DNA of 64,000 nucleotides from NCBI GenBank assembly GCA_964019425.1, contig OZ025803.1, positions 682,001-746,000 on the forward strand, read 5' to 3'. The stretch is from Flectonema sp. DT1601. Lineage: Eukaryota. The translations under genes and the position numbers were made by a program. Shown in pieces: positions 40,906 to 52,405 of the stretch; position 1 is the stretch's first letter, and every line of letters begins with the position of its first letter. Under the pieces are notes generated by a model. That model saw nothing but the letters and a program-made list of their open reading frames with translations. It was not told where the DNA came from and made no database searches.

Positions 40906-41343
40906 TTTTTTTAGTAGTTCCCCTTTTGAAAAGTAAATTATTGTTTTTTTAAAACTCCAAATCATCAAACATATAAACCATCCCTCTACGACAACATGTT
41001 CCAAGGAACTAATTAGCGACAGTTTATCATTTCTTACCTAAGACGAAAAATAAATTAGGTTTTTGAGAGTTTAAAAAAAAAAAAAAAGAAATACCCTTCA
41101 CTCTGAAAGTTTCTTCAGGACTGAAATCACAATAAGTACTCCGTGTTATGTGGTTGGAGAAATAGGATGTCTACTCATCCTGCTATAAAGTGAGATAACG
41201 CAGGGTTAACCACAAAGAATTCTGGTTCCAAGCGGGCCACGATTGGTGCAAGGCTGGCAACGCGAAATAACCGATGAGTAACTACAGTGTGCTACTATTT
41301 TGTTTTCAACAACAACAATAACAAAAAAAAAAAAAAAAAAAAA

Positions 41344-41374
<31 letters not shown>

Positions 41375-41703
41375 CGGGAAAGCTTCAAAAAAAAAAGAAA
41401 ATGAATGAGATCGTCGCCGACTTATTATTCGCCCTTCCTTAACCACAGCACAGGTAATTTCAATGCAAAGATAAGTGGCGCTTTGAGCGGGGACCATTTG
41501 ACGACATAGAAAAACTGTAGTCAAAAACTACCAAAGTTGTGTGCAGACAGATGCGGTATAGGTAGTTTTCTTAACATATAGGCAGGTATAAGAACTCTAC
41601 AACACAGGGATACTATGATGTCCAGGAAAACTCGCATTCGGCAATAAAAGGGTACTTAATGTGACTGCGGCTGAGGGAGTAGTATCTCGGATTTTAAATC
41701 AAC

Positions 41704-41929
41704 TTAATTATAAAAATAATTTGAACCGAGCAATTATACAAAAAGCAAAAAAAAAAAAAAAAAAAAAAACACAGAAAAAGTGAGAAAAACTAGGGGTCAG
41801 GTGAATGCTGAGTGAGAGTAGAATCCCAGCTCTACTTCCAATTAATTTTAATTATAAAAATAATTTTTTGAACCAAGCAATTATAAAAAGAAAAAAAAAC
41901 GCAGAAAAGTGAGAAAACTAGGGGTCAGG
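41704..41929. repeat. Imperfect local direct duplication of about 100 bp
   Basis: ttaattataaaaataat...gaacc(g/a)agcaattata...cagaaaagtgagaaaactaggggtcagg occurs twice. Confidence 0.75.
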
Positions 41930-44656
41930 GATAATATTTCCAACGAGGTCCAGGTGACACGTGTTTTCAATTCAGCATGTTAGGGCCAGGACAAGAAGTG
42001 CGTCTGTCGCTTGTTGAAGTCGACATTAGTGAAGAGTATGTTCAGAGCGTTCAACTCGTGTTTTAATACCTACCATACGACTGCGGCAAGAGGCATCTTG
42101 TAACCGACTTACACTTAAAAGACTACCAGTTTTCTCAGATAGAATTCCAGCTGATAAGAAAAAAGCAAAAGTACCACCAACACGTGTTCTCTTCCCGTAG
42201 AACAGCTTTAAAAAAAAAAAATGAAAGGGGAAAAAAAAATACCGAATCTCGGCTTTTTTTTTTTTCCCCTTTCATTTTTTTTTCAAACAAAAAAAAAGTA
42301 TGAGGAACCTTCTTCGTTGCCTATATCAAAAAAAAGGTTTTTTCTCCGCTGCCTGTCGCCTTAACTCTTTTTTTTCTCCGTTGCCTGCACCCAAAAGAAA
42401 CCTTCGCTGTTGTGAACAACTCCTTTTTTTTTTTTGGGTGCAGTCAACGAAGCAAGAAGAAAAAAAAAAAATTACAACGGAGAAAAATTCTTTTGGATAG
42501 TGTACAACGGAGAAAAAAATAAAGTTTTTGGGAGCACGGAGAATTTTCCAAGTATTGACTATAGTACAAAGACCTTTGGGTGCAACCTTTAGATATAAAC
42601 TGAAATATTTGTTTGAAAGGGAAGCCTTACAGACAAACTGATGCTAGTAGGATTCTCGATGGAAAAAGATAAGGATGGAAGCACACAAAACCCAACGAGA
42701 ATTGGGAACATTTTGAAAGTAGCAACGAAACTAAAGCGTTTAATTGAGTAGGAAGGGGTAGGGAAAGGGGGGGCAAAAAAAAAATATATTTTTTGATTCG
42801 CGCTGAGAAAAAAAAAAAAAAAAAAAGACAAAGACAAAGACAAAAACTCAGAAGTAATACGTAACGGGGAGGGGGACCAGAGGGGTGGCCTAAAACTAAA
42901 TTTTGGCAAGAAATAGAATTAAAAAGAAAACGATAATATTCCAAGCAATTGCAATAAGCCAGAACTCTGGTATATGTACACAAGGCTACTACTTGCCCGC
43001 TCACAAAAGGCAAAGTAAACAACACAAATCAACACACGCCGACAAGTGCAATAGCCTGAAAGAATTGTGGCCATAAGACCAAACTTCAGTGCATACACCA
43101 AAGACGAAAACTAAGCGTTACAATTAGTAGAAAGTTCACTTGCTATCCTGTATAGAGGAAAGCATTCCATTCAATAACAGAGTGTGGTTGGAAATCCTCC
43201 GACTCATCTCCCAGAGAGTCAGGATTTCTACCTTCCCTGAAATCATGCGTTAAAATAATTAATCTTTTCAGTGGGAGAAATCCCTTCTGCATGTTCACTA
43301 ATTTCTCTGCATATTTTTGAGTGTCAGAGCAACCAACCTCAGTCACATGCATCAGTGTAAGTAAGTAGAAAGTGATTGTTAATTATGAAATGCTTGCATG
43401 ACGTCAATTCCAAACTCCTTCAAAAAAGATTTTCGTGAAAGTTTTTTTTTTCTTTTTTTTTTTTTTTTTTCCCATGCCTAGCAAGCATACACAAATATAG
43501 TAGTAGGCAAGCAATAATAAATACCGCATTTCCATAACAGATGGCGAAAAAAGTCCCCAAATCCCTGAAAATTCGCACAGTTCATCACATATCTTTTTAT
43601 TCCTTATGTTTCATAGGGGAAACTTGTTCATATTCTCTTCATCGCGCAAGGAAGCAACGGAGCTCAAGACACCAATGTGTTGTCTGGTTTCAGCGAAAGG
43701 TTGCTAACACAGAGGTCGAAGTACAACAACTCTAACAATGCAGCTGACAAGGCTTTCATATTTCAATTCGGCGAGCTGGCTCTGCGATCTGTTGGCGGAA
43801 ATAACCTCAGGGGGGGGTGAATATAGTGCCTCAAGTACTTGACCACCACGTGAAATAATAGTCCACGGGCTCCAAAGGTCACGGTCAAGTTCACATCCAG
43901 AAACAGAATGCTGTGGACCCAAAACTACTCTGCTTCAACCAACAGCTGCAGGCAAAAAGAATAAAAGCGCAGGATTTGCTGCCTCAAAACGGCAAGCATG
44001 AATATTGATAGCTGGTTGCAACTAGTATGACTCCTCTATAACACACATCGACCACGGGGGATAGTTATCTGGTGTTACTCAGAATACAGAGAGGGCAAAG
44101 GTTGAGGCGGAACTGTTGGAGAGAAATCAACAACCTTGTCGTCCCACTTCTTATAACGACGTGGTATCTTCTTGTTTTTTCTGCTCTATTACTTCTATAG
44201 AGCCCTTGTCATTACTGATTGAATATACTTAACATCCACTATTGTAAAAAAAAACTCCCGACCAGAGATTCCCAAATTGTTTTTACCAGAATATAATATA
44301 ATATATAATATTCTTTTTTTTACTCGCCATCCCTTATAAAACACAATACGAATTAACTAAAATATTTTGGAAACGATCGCATATTCTGTCTAGTTCACTT
44401 TTTTTTTTTTTTTTTTTTTTTTTTTTCTGCTTAAAAATATCAATATAGCTGTTCTGGCATTCACCTAAACTAATTATGTAAAGGAATTACAAAGCCTCGT
44501 TTAAATTAGATGTATGGGAAAAAATAAATAAATAAATAAAAAGTATTTGCAAAAAAAAAAAAAAAAATAGAAAAAATAATAATAAATAAAAAAAACCCTT
44601 TTCCTTAATACCTTCGACCAAAAAGCGTGCACTCCATTTCGTTCGTTGATTGGAGT

Positions 44657-44690
<34 letters not shown>

Positions 44691-46375
44691 CTTCTTTTTT
44701 TTTGTGCTGGGTAGACCCTTAGTCTGACTCTACGATGTGACAAAGATACTAAATAACAACACATAGCGTTCAGAGGCAACTTGCTTATGTGGCCGATTGT
44801 CATATGCAGGAATAAATCGGGTTTAGAAAAGGGGAGGGATTGCGGCAATCAGATTATGTGAAAACAATCATTTTATAGAGATCGTGACTTTCAGGGGTAA
44901 CTATACCCCAAATCAATCATAGCTGCATAAATATGCTTGTAATCTCTGGTGAGGTTTCACATATCTGGGATGCAGTTTTGCAGCCGACGGGTGGGAATGA
45001 CATAAAAAAACCAAAAGAAATAAATGTCAGCCCCAGAGTACGGAATCCAGGCTCTAGAGAATTTAAAAAAAATATAAAAAAAAAAAATAATAATAAAAAA
45101 AAAACATAACAACAATAAAAAATTAAAAAAAAAAAATAAATAAATAAATAAGTACCATTTGGGACAACCTTATGGATTTACATACTCGTTCGCTACTTTA
45201 CTGCTACACATCCATTGCGGGTAGTGAACACTTAGGCTATGAATACGTAGTTCTGTCACTGCGTTGTGTATAAATCACAAAAGAAATGTTGCTGCCTCGC
45301 CACTAGAACTCTGACGAGAATCCATTTTCAGCAGGAATAAAAACAAGAAAAGGAGGAACAACAAGAACTTGCTTGGAAAAGGTAGAAAGTTCCAAATCCG
45401 AAACTACATACATCAAAAAAAAAAAAAAAAAAAAAAACTAAAAAACCTCTGCATATCGCAAGGGAAGTTAATAGCAGGTGAGAGAAGCTTTCTTTTTTTT
45501 TTTTTTTTTTGGAAATAGAGAACGAGAAACATATCAAGTAAATCATGGTTGTAGCGACCCCACAAATCAGCCCATTTACGGGCTCTTTAAATAAACGGCT
45601 GAGATTAAAAAAAAAAAAAATGGATCCCTTCGATGAGTTAAATATGGGGGCCGTAAATGGACACATTTCGTTGTTCTATTTTTCCGCTCTCCCGTCATTA
45701 TGCGCACAGGATTTGCATCACACTATGCGATTCTTTTTTTTTTTTTTTTTTTTTTTTTTGTGTTGGACTTAACAACAGGTTAGGTTAGGTTGGCGCAATT
45801 TTTTGAAAAGAATAAAGAGCCCTAGCCCGTATCTATTGTTTCCGCATTTTTTTTTTTTTAAGAGAGCCCTTGTCTTGTAATGGGTGCTACAACCATGGTT
45901 AAAAAAGAAACTTATTTCTCTCTATGAGGAAGTTAATATACTAACAAAAAATCTGACTAAGCGGGTAGGGGAGACCGGGAGCAGTAATCAATGTGCACGT
46001 CACTTTCTCTTTCACTCGTAAACTTTGAGATGGGGGAAGGCGGGGGAAAGAAAAAAAAAAGGCTGGAGGGGAGACAACAATAATATTAAAAAAAAAAAAA
46101 AATTCAACCACATTGGGAAAGCCACACATGAGAATAAGTACCCTCTGCTCGTCTGAAAAAGACGAAAAGGCGATGTATGGAAAAACAAAGAAAAGGAAAG
46201 AAAGAAAGAAAAGGGAAAGAAAAAGAACACATAATTTTCTTATAATAACTTCTTTTTTTTTTTTCTTTTTTTTTTTTTCGAAAAATAGCGTTTGATCACA
46301 GCTTTTTTTGTTTTGTATTGCTTGTATTGTTTGTATTGTTTTGTTGGTTTTTTTTTTTTTTTTGTTTTTTTTTTT

Positions 46376-49063
46376 GGGAAAACCTCTAATTCCACGCAAA
46401 TGTTACTGAAATGTCGGTTTTCAACACAAAAGTTTGCGAAATGGACAGCTCCACACAAAAAAGTTTCCGAAATGGACAGCTCCACACAAAAAAGTTTCCG
46501 AAATGGACAGCTCCACACACGAAAGTTTCCGAAATGGACAGCAAAAAAAAATTTTTTTTTTCAGCAACAAAAAAATTTTTTTTCAGCAAAAAAAGTTTTT
46601 TCTAGTGGAAAACCTATAATTTGCTAACTTTTCATGGTCAAATCCAATAGTGATTCGTAATTCTTGTTTAATTGATAGCCTTAGCCCTTGTATTCCCAGA
46701 AGCCTTAATCTCTAAAATGGATCAGAATGACATTCAAGCAGTTCCCTTGGTTGTTGGGGATGTCTTCCCTACAACAGACCAGCTGCTTGCACGTGCCTTC
46801 GAGTTTAGCTGCCGGTCAGGTCTAACCTACCGCATTCACCGATGTGATAAGACCCGACTAACATTGAAGTGTTCAGTTGACAGCTGCCGCTGGGTTGTTA
46901 AGTCCAAGAGGGTAGAGGGGGAGATGATGATCCTTTCTATTGGGGAGCACCAATGCAGTGCTGGTGAACACAGGGCATGCGACGGGATTGCAGAGTGGGT
47001 ATCCCAGAAACTGCGAACTAAGGTTGAGGGTTGCTATGACTATGGGCCGAAGCAGGCACAAAAGGATCTGCTAGCCTTTCGGGAGGTGGCAATCAATATT
47101 AAAACTGTCACCAGAGGTCTCGAACTTGCACGGGACCTTGTGCATGGGAAGCAGGACGAGGTTTATGCCCTTGTAGCCCCTTACCTGGCAGATCTGCAGT
47201 CAGTTAACCCTGACATGGTATTCCACACTGAGAGGCGTGATGACAATGCGTTCTCACGATGTTTTTGGTCGTTTTTGACGCCAGAAAGTCTGGACACCCT
47301 TTTACCGATTTGCTGCTCCGATGCATGTTCGCTAACAGGTCCATATGCCGGACTCTTGTTCCTGACTGCCGGCTTAGATGGTGATAGGCAGGTTGTGCCC
47401 CTTTCATTTAGCATTGGGCCTTCTGAGGATCAAGAGGGCTGGCAGTACCACCACTCCCACACACGTGACCACTTCGGTGCTCATCTCAGGCGCTTTAGCC
47501 TTTTTTCTGATAGACAAAAAGGTCTTGAGAGTGACAACACATTAGATGGTGTCATAGCCCATCATGGGCTATGCACCAAGCACCTAGTTGGCAACGTGTC
47601 AACAGAGACATGCTTGACTACAGGACAGGCTTCAGATGTTATCTGGGTGCTTGCCAAGTGCCAAGAAAAAGCCACTGCTGAAGCACTGCTTAACGACGTG
47701 AAGGAGCAATTCGGCCAGGAAGCAGAGAATTACATCCGCAGCACAGGGTTGGAGAGATGGTGTGACGCCTTCTGGCCAGAAGGACTACCTAGATTCCAGA
47801 CGTACACTTCGAATATTGCAGAGTGTATGAATTCCATTTTTAAGGAACCACGCCAAGGAAGTATCATAACAATTCTGAGACGTATTCGTGAATGGTGGAC
47901 TGATAAAATGGCAGAAAGAAGGACACAACATGCTGCATTGCCAGTGGGGGGTGCACTGCCCGCAATAGGCCTCCGCATTGACGGCATGGTCAGTAAGGCC
48001 AACTTGTGTACGATAGTCTCCCTGGAAGGGGAGGGGGAAAACGCTGTGTATGAGATTAGACGGGATGGCCAGGGGTGGGTGGTAAAGATCGGAGGGGTGG
48101 AAAACCTGTACAGCTGTAATTGCCCTGTCTTTGCTAGGTATGGGCACCCCTGCCAGCATGTTATAAGAACTCTCATGCACCTCAGCATTGACATTAAGAC
48201 CGGAGCCCCTCCCCACTGCTATAGTATTCTGGGTTATCGGAAGCTGTATCGTCCAGCGCTATACCCTTCACGAACATCATTAGGTGCCCTTCAAGCAGAT
48301 GGCACACTGCCACCGGAAGTGAGGAAGGGAGTTGGGAGAAAAAAGAAGCTCCGAATTAGGAGTAAGGGGGAGGTCCGTGAAATCACGTGCCGTAAGTGCT
48401 TGCAGAAAGGTCACAACAAGAGGGGATGCAAAAACACAACGGCTGGAGCTGCCAAGCCTGCCCCAAAGGTAGCTGCCAAGAAGTCATCTGCCAAGCCTGC
48501 CCCAAAGGTAGCTGCCAAGAAGTCATCTGCCAAGCCTGCAAAGAGGCGGAAGCGTAAGTACTCATCAAGCTCAACAAGTTCCTTAACAAGTTCATCGTCA
48601 AGTTCATCATCAAGTTATTCATAGGGCAAGAGGAAAAGAAAAGCCTTATGGTAAAAAAAGCTAAATATCATCATAATTTATTGGATTTGGTTCATATAGA
48701 AAATTATTTCACGTATTCCACCCACAGGGGGTTGTAGGGTCAGGGCCCCAGTAACTTAAAAAAAAAAAAAAATGGCTGTCTATTTCGGAAACTATTTTGT
48801 GTGGAGCTGTTAGCAGATTATAGGTTTTCTACTGGAAAAAAATTTTTTTGTTGCTGAAAAAAATTTTTTTGTTGCTGAAAAAAAAAATTTTTTTTTGCTG
48901 TCCATTTCGGAAACTTTCGTGTGTGGAGCTGTCCATTTCGGAAACTTTTTTGTGTGGAGCTGTCCATTTCGGAAACTTTTTTGTGTGGAGCTGTCCATTT
49001 CGCAAACTTTTGTGTTGAAATCCGACATTTCGCAAACTTTTTTGTGGAATTATAGTTTTTCCC
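46376..49063 (+). mobile_element. Mutator-like (MULE) DNA transposon, apparently intact
   Basis: TIRs of about 250 bp (46376-46628 and 48810-49063) with GGGAAAA termini and 31-bp subrepeats (gaaatggacagctccacacaaaaaagtttcc). It has poly-T flanks and a central transposase ORF. Confidence 0.93.
46717..48624 (+). CDS. MuDR/MULE transposase with SWIM finger and Zn knuckle
   Basis: DDE residues in CSDACSL, FSDRQKGL and TSNIAECMN; CxxH in CTKHL; SWIM CNC...GHPCQH; knuckle CRKCLQKGHNKRGC; N-terminal KCSVDSCRW..H.C. Confidence 0.93.
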   Translation: MDQNDIQAVPLVVGDVFPTTDQLLARAFEFSCRSGLTYRIHRCDKTRLTLKCSVDSCRWVVKSKRVEGEMMILSIGEHQCSAGEHRACDGIAEWVSQKLRTKVEGCYDYGPKQAQKDLLAFREVAINIKTVTRGLELARDLVHGKQDEVYALVAPYLADLQSVNPDMVFHTERRDDNAFSRCFWSFLTPESLDTLLPICCSDACSLTGPYAGLLFLTAGLDGDRQVVPLSFSIGPSEDQEGWQYHHSHTRDHFGAHLRRFSLFSDRQKGLESDNTLDGVIAHHGLCTKHLVGNVSTETCLTTGQASDVIWVLAKCQEKATAEALLNDVKEQFGQEAENYIRSTGLERWCDAFWPEGLPRFQTYTSNIAECMNSIFKEPRQGSIITILRRIREWWTDKMAERRTQHAALPVGGALPAIGLRIDGMVSKANLCTIVSLEGEGENAVYEIRRDGQGWVVKIGGVENLYSCNCPVFARYGHPCQHVIRTLMHLSIDIKTGAPPHCYSILGYRKLYRPALYPSRTSLGALQADGTLPPEVRKGVGRKKKLRIRSKGEVREITCRKCLQKGHNKRGCKNTTAGAAKPAPKVAAKKSSAKPAPKVAAKKSSAKPAKRRKRKYSSSSTSSLTSSSSSSSSSYS

Positions 49064-49482
49064 TTTTTTTTTTTTTCCCTTATGCTTTATTAGAGTCATA
49101 TTGTTTACAGAGCCGCAACAAAGAAGTTGATTTTATATTTTCTATAAGGAAAGGTTTCGCTTACTTTGTTTTTTTTTTTTCTTTTTGGTGTTTAATTACC
49201 ACCTGGCAACGGATGCCTTATAGCTTTCTACTTTTTAATATTCCACACTTAATAAGTCACGCTTGGTCAAGGTTGAATTCCCCTCGCGAAGTAGATAATG
49301 GATTTCAACTCTTGCGGCTCCTGTTAACAATTTTTAGTGAACGATTTAGTAGCTGAATGAAAAATCGCAAGAAAGTGCTACATCGTGATAAAAAAAGATA
49401 TTTTGTTGTTTTTTTTTTTTTTTTTTTTGTTGTTTTTTTTTTTTTTTTTTAAAATTTGAATAAAATAAGGAAACATTTTCAC

Positions 49483-50307
49483 TTACTGTGCTATCCTCTG
49501 TTCCAGTTCAGCACGAGTTTGCTTTCTAGTATTTATATGTAATTTTGGACACGAATCGGTACAATTTCCGTCCATAAAATCATTACATCTCTTTGCATCA
49601 GCGGCTTTCAATTTCCACTGACAGGTGCAGATTCGACAGCGTAAAAGAGCAATTTGATTCTTAATTCTTATACTATCCCAATTATTGTGCGGACATGGTC
49701 TCACCATTGTTGGAGCGGGAAGTTCAAATCTTGGTTTCTGGGGAGGAGGAATGAGACTCTTACCAACAGGCAATACCAAAAATTCGGAAACTTGATTTCC
49801 TCGAATTCTAATATGAAGATGTTTAAGAGAAGGAGGAATTACTGTTGGAGTAGTCGTGTTAGAAATGGCAGTCATACGACATCGATCTTTGGCAAACATC
49901 TCCAATTTGTGAATCGTGAAGGTAACTGTTGAGTTTGGTCCCCCGAAGAAATTATGAAGTATTTCATTATATAAAATTACGCATTTCTGAACACCAACAG
50001 CGTACAAAGGAAGTCCTAACATACAAGACCACTCAGCATCTTCGGTAAGCCATTCAGAAAATAACTTTGGAATTGTACCTTCATGCATTGATCTAATAAA
50101 GCCCATGAAAAACTCTCCAGATAAAGTTCTCGTGCGTTCTGCTTGTTGAAGGTCTTCAGGAGCAATCTCATCTTGAGCGCACATATTCACCTCCCGTTGG
50201 TATTGTTCTTCAGGAGTTCTAATTAATTTTGATGGGTAAGTTTGAAGTTCTCTTCCACTGCGTCCCTTTGATTTTTGGGTCTTCACTTCTGGAGGTAAAC
50301 ACTCCAT
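49483..50307 (-). CDS. Hypothetical protein with an NTF2/SnoaL-like middle region and a C-terminal Cys/His Zn-binding region
   Basis: ORF from MECLPPEV. C-terminus CPHNNWDSIR...LRCRICTCQW...CNDFMDGNCTDSCPKLH (CCCH-like). Confidence 0.75.
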   Translation of the reverse strand: MECLPPEVKTQKSKGRSGRELQTYPSKLIRTPEEQYQREVNMCAQDEIAPEDLQQAERTRTLSGEFFMGFIRSMHEGTIPKLFSEWLTEDAEWSCMLGLPLYAVGVQKCVILYNEILHNFFGGPNSTVTFTIHKLEMFAKDRCRMTAISNTTTPTVIPPSLKHLHIRIRGNQVSEFLVLPVGKSLIPPPQKPRFELPAPTMVRPCPHNNWDSIRIKNQIALLRCRICTCQWKLKAADAKRCNDFMDGNCTDSCPKLHINTRKQTRAELEQRIAQ

Positions 50308-50515
50308 TATTAGTGTGTTGTTTTGCTGGCTTAAAGTATAATTAAAATAGAAAGACTTTGACAATAAAATTATACTATATATCAGGATTGCATAATACTA
50401 ATGATTTTTTTTTTTTTTTTTTTTTTTGATCTTAAATAGGGTAGGTTATAGCGTAATTGGAAAAGTTCCAATCCCCCCTTTTTTTTATAATGTTTTTTTT
50501 TTTTTTTAAATCTCA

Positions 50516-52207
50516 TCAAACTTCCATATCCATACTAAGAGTGGATGACATTATGATACCGGTTTTTTCTTTTTTGTTTTTTGAACCCCCTCCAGACTTC
50601 ACTCGTGGTAGCACCCATTCGAATAGAGTATATGGGTTAGTGATTGACATCTGATCACCGTCAGGTGTACAATGCTGCTGTGGGAGACTAACAGAAACTC
50701 GAAGAGTTGTTTTCGATACTAATAATGTTGCTGGTGTGACTGAGGCCTTTTCAAGAGCATGGCGATTCGGTTTAATTCCAACAAGTTGTTTAGCAAACGG
50801 AGTTGTTTTTGGAGGAGATCCGATCTTAATAAGAACAGGCTGTGAGAACTGTTCTCTTGAATGAGTCGAAGTTGACAAAACTATTTGAACAGAATCAACG
50901 ATTTCATCTAAACTCACATCACCACCATCCAGGGTTGATACTGCTAATGATTTCTCACTACTCTCATCACGTTGTCTTTTTATATTCGCCTTCTCTTTGT
51001 ATGTTGGTGGCAGTAACCACCAACCTTTTAATGGCAACACACACGCCAAATACCTGACCGGAGTAATAGCGTACGCAGACCCTTTGACATAAGATGGACC
51101 CTTAGTAATGTGTTTTGTTGACTGGGCGGTGCAGTAAGTAATAACTTGACCAACACTTGGTGCATCTCTGTGTGGGTACACCCATTTATAATCAAGACAT
51201 CCATAACCTGTCAGACCGAGTAACGCCCAGCTCAGAGATTTTAGATAAACGTCAACAGTGGATGTGTCTTCTCTGCCTGTCGGAGGTGTTGATTTCGCTC
51301 GTTTTAAAATTTCACCCAAACTCCTGGTATTTATATTACCATCCTTCGTTACTAACGTTGTTAAAGATGAAGTCGTGTATGCACACCAAGCAGAAAATGA
51401 ATCCAACCCTTCCAAACCAGGAACATAGTCGTTACCTGCTAAAAGACTTAATAAAGCAAATGACATTCGACAAGTATTAAGGCAATGCATCTTAGATTCC
51501 GCAATGAAACTTTTTCCATGAGATGGCTCTACATTAAGTGGTTGAAGCCACAGTCCGATGATGTCAGCAACAGAGACAGTAGTACCAGTTTGAGAATCTA
51601 AAATCGTTATGTTAATTGCGTACAAACTTAACATTGATCCCAGAACTAAATCACTATCATTTCCAACAAGACATATCGAATCAGTAGAGTAGAGGTAATG
51701 ATCGTTTTTAGTTAATTCCAACAGGCGAGCGAATAGTTTTGATTCACCCTCTCCTGGAACAGAATCACTAGAAATAAATATCTCAACTCCAGGAAGTTCT
51801 TCAGTTAATTGAGCAGCCCATACAACTAAAGCGTCAGATAAGAATTTCATAAAGACCGTTCCTGGAGTTAGGTTGAGTCGAGTTATTTGAGTTGTTTCTT
51901 TTAACTGAAGTGCAGCCTGTCGACGACGTGATCGCTGCATTGGGATCTTTGCTTGTGGAGCTGGTCCATCAATTGCAATGGTCAAACTCTTTGTTGGAAC
52001 AGCAGCAGATAAAATCTTTCCCAACTCCTCCAACACTACAACAATAGTATCCCTCGTACTCCTACCATGTGATATACATGAATGCAACACAGAATTCAAG
52101 TCAATAAGAACATGTTCAAACTGACCACTTTCCCTTCCAACTCTAATATGTCCAACAGCTCTTCCATAACGATCTTCAACAAGACGTTTTAATCCTTGTA
52201 CACCCAT
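50516..52207 (-). CDS. XRN-family 5'-3' exoribonuclease (short form)
   Basis: MGVQGL, IDLNSVLH, AIDGPAPQAK..QRSRR, LTPGTVFM, SDSVPGEGESK, GNDSDL and GNDYVP. Confidence 0.92.
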   Translation of the reverse strand: MGVQGLKRLVEDRYGRAVGHIRVGRESGQFEHVLIDLNSVLHSCISHGRSTRDTIVVVLEELGKILSAAVPTKSLTIAIDGPAPQAKIPMQRSRRRQAALQLKETTQITRLNLTPGTVFMKFLSDALVVWAAQLTEELPGVEIFISSDSVPGEGESKLFARLLELTKNDHYLYSTDSICLVGNDSDLVLGSMLSLYAINITILDSQTGTTVSVADIIGLWLQPLNVEPSHGKSFIAESKMHCLNTCRMSFALLSLLAGNDYVPGLEGLDSFSAWCAYTTSSLTTLVTKDGNINTRSLGEILKRAKSTPPTGREDTSTVDVYLKSLSWALLGLTGYGCLDYKWVYPHRDAPSVGQVITYCTAQSTKHITKGPSYVKGSAYAITPVRYLACVLPLKGWWLLPPTYKEKANIKRQRDESSEKSLAVSTLDGGDVSLDEIVDSVQIVLSTSTHSREQFSQPVLIKIGSPPKTTPFAKQLVGIKPNRHALEKASVTPATLLVSKTTLRVSVSLPQQHCTPDGDQMSITNPYTLFEWVLPRVKSGGGSKNKKEKTGIIMSSTLSMDMEV

Positions 52208-52405
52208 TGTATTTAGGGAGACTGTATATAAAAATAGATATTATTTTATACCAATGGACTTTATTTAATGTAAATATTCCTTGGAGGGGGGAAGTACAAT
52301 GTAATGAACGTATTTAGAAAGACTTTCAATTCAAGTAGTCAGATTAATGTTTTAAAAGAGGGTTAGAATTGATTTCGCCATCACAGGCGATTAATGTGTC
52401 GTAGG

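Noticed and set aside
43140..44170. Possible decayed coding sequence on the minus strand
   Set aside because: The composition looks coding-like, but the frames are broken by stops and I recognise no family.
44501..46627. Phe- and Lys-rich ORFs here and at 48810-49356, 57800-58442 and 63260-63762
   Set aside because: They are artefacts of poly-T/A tracts and TIR subrepeats.
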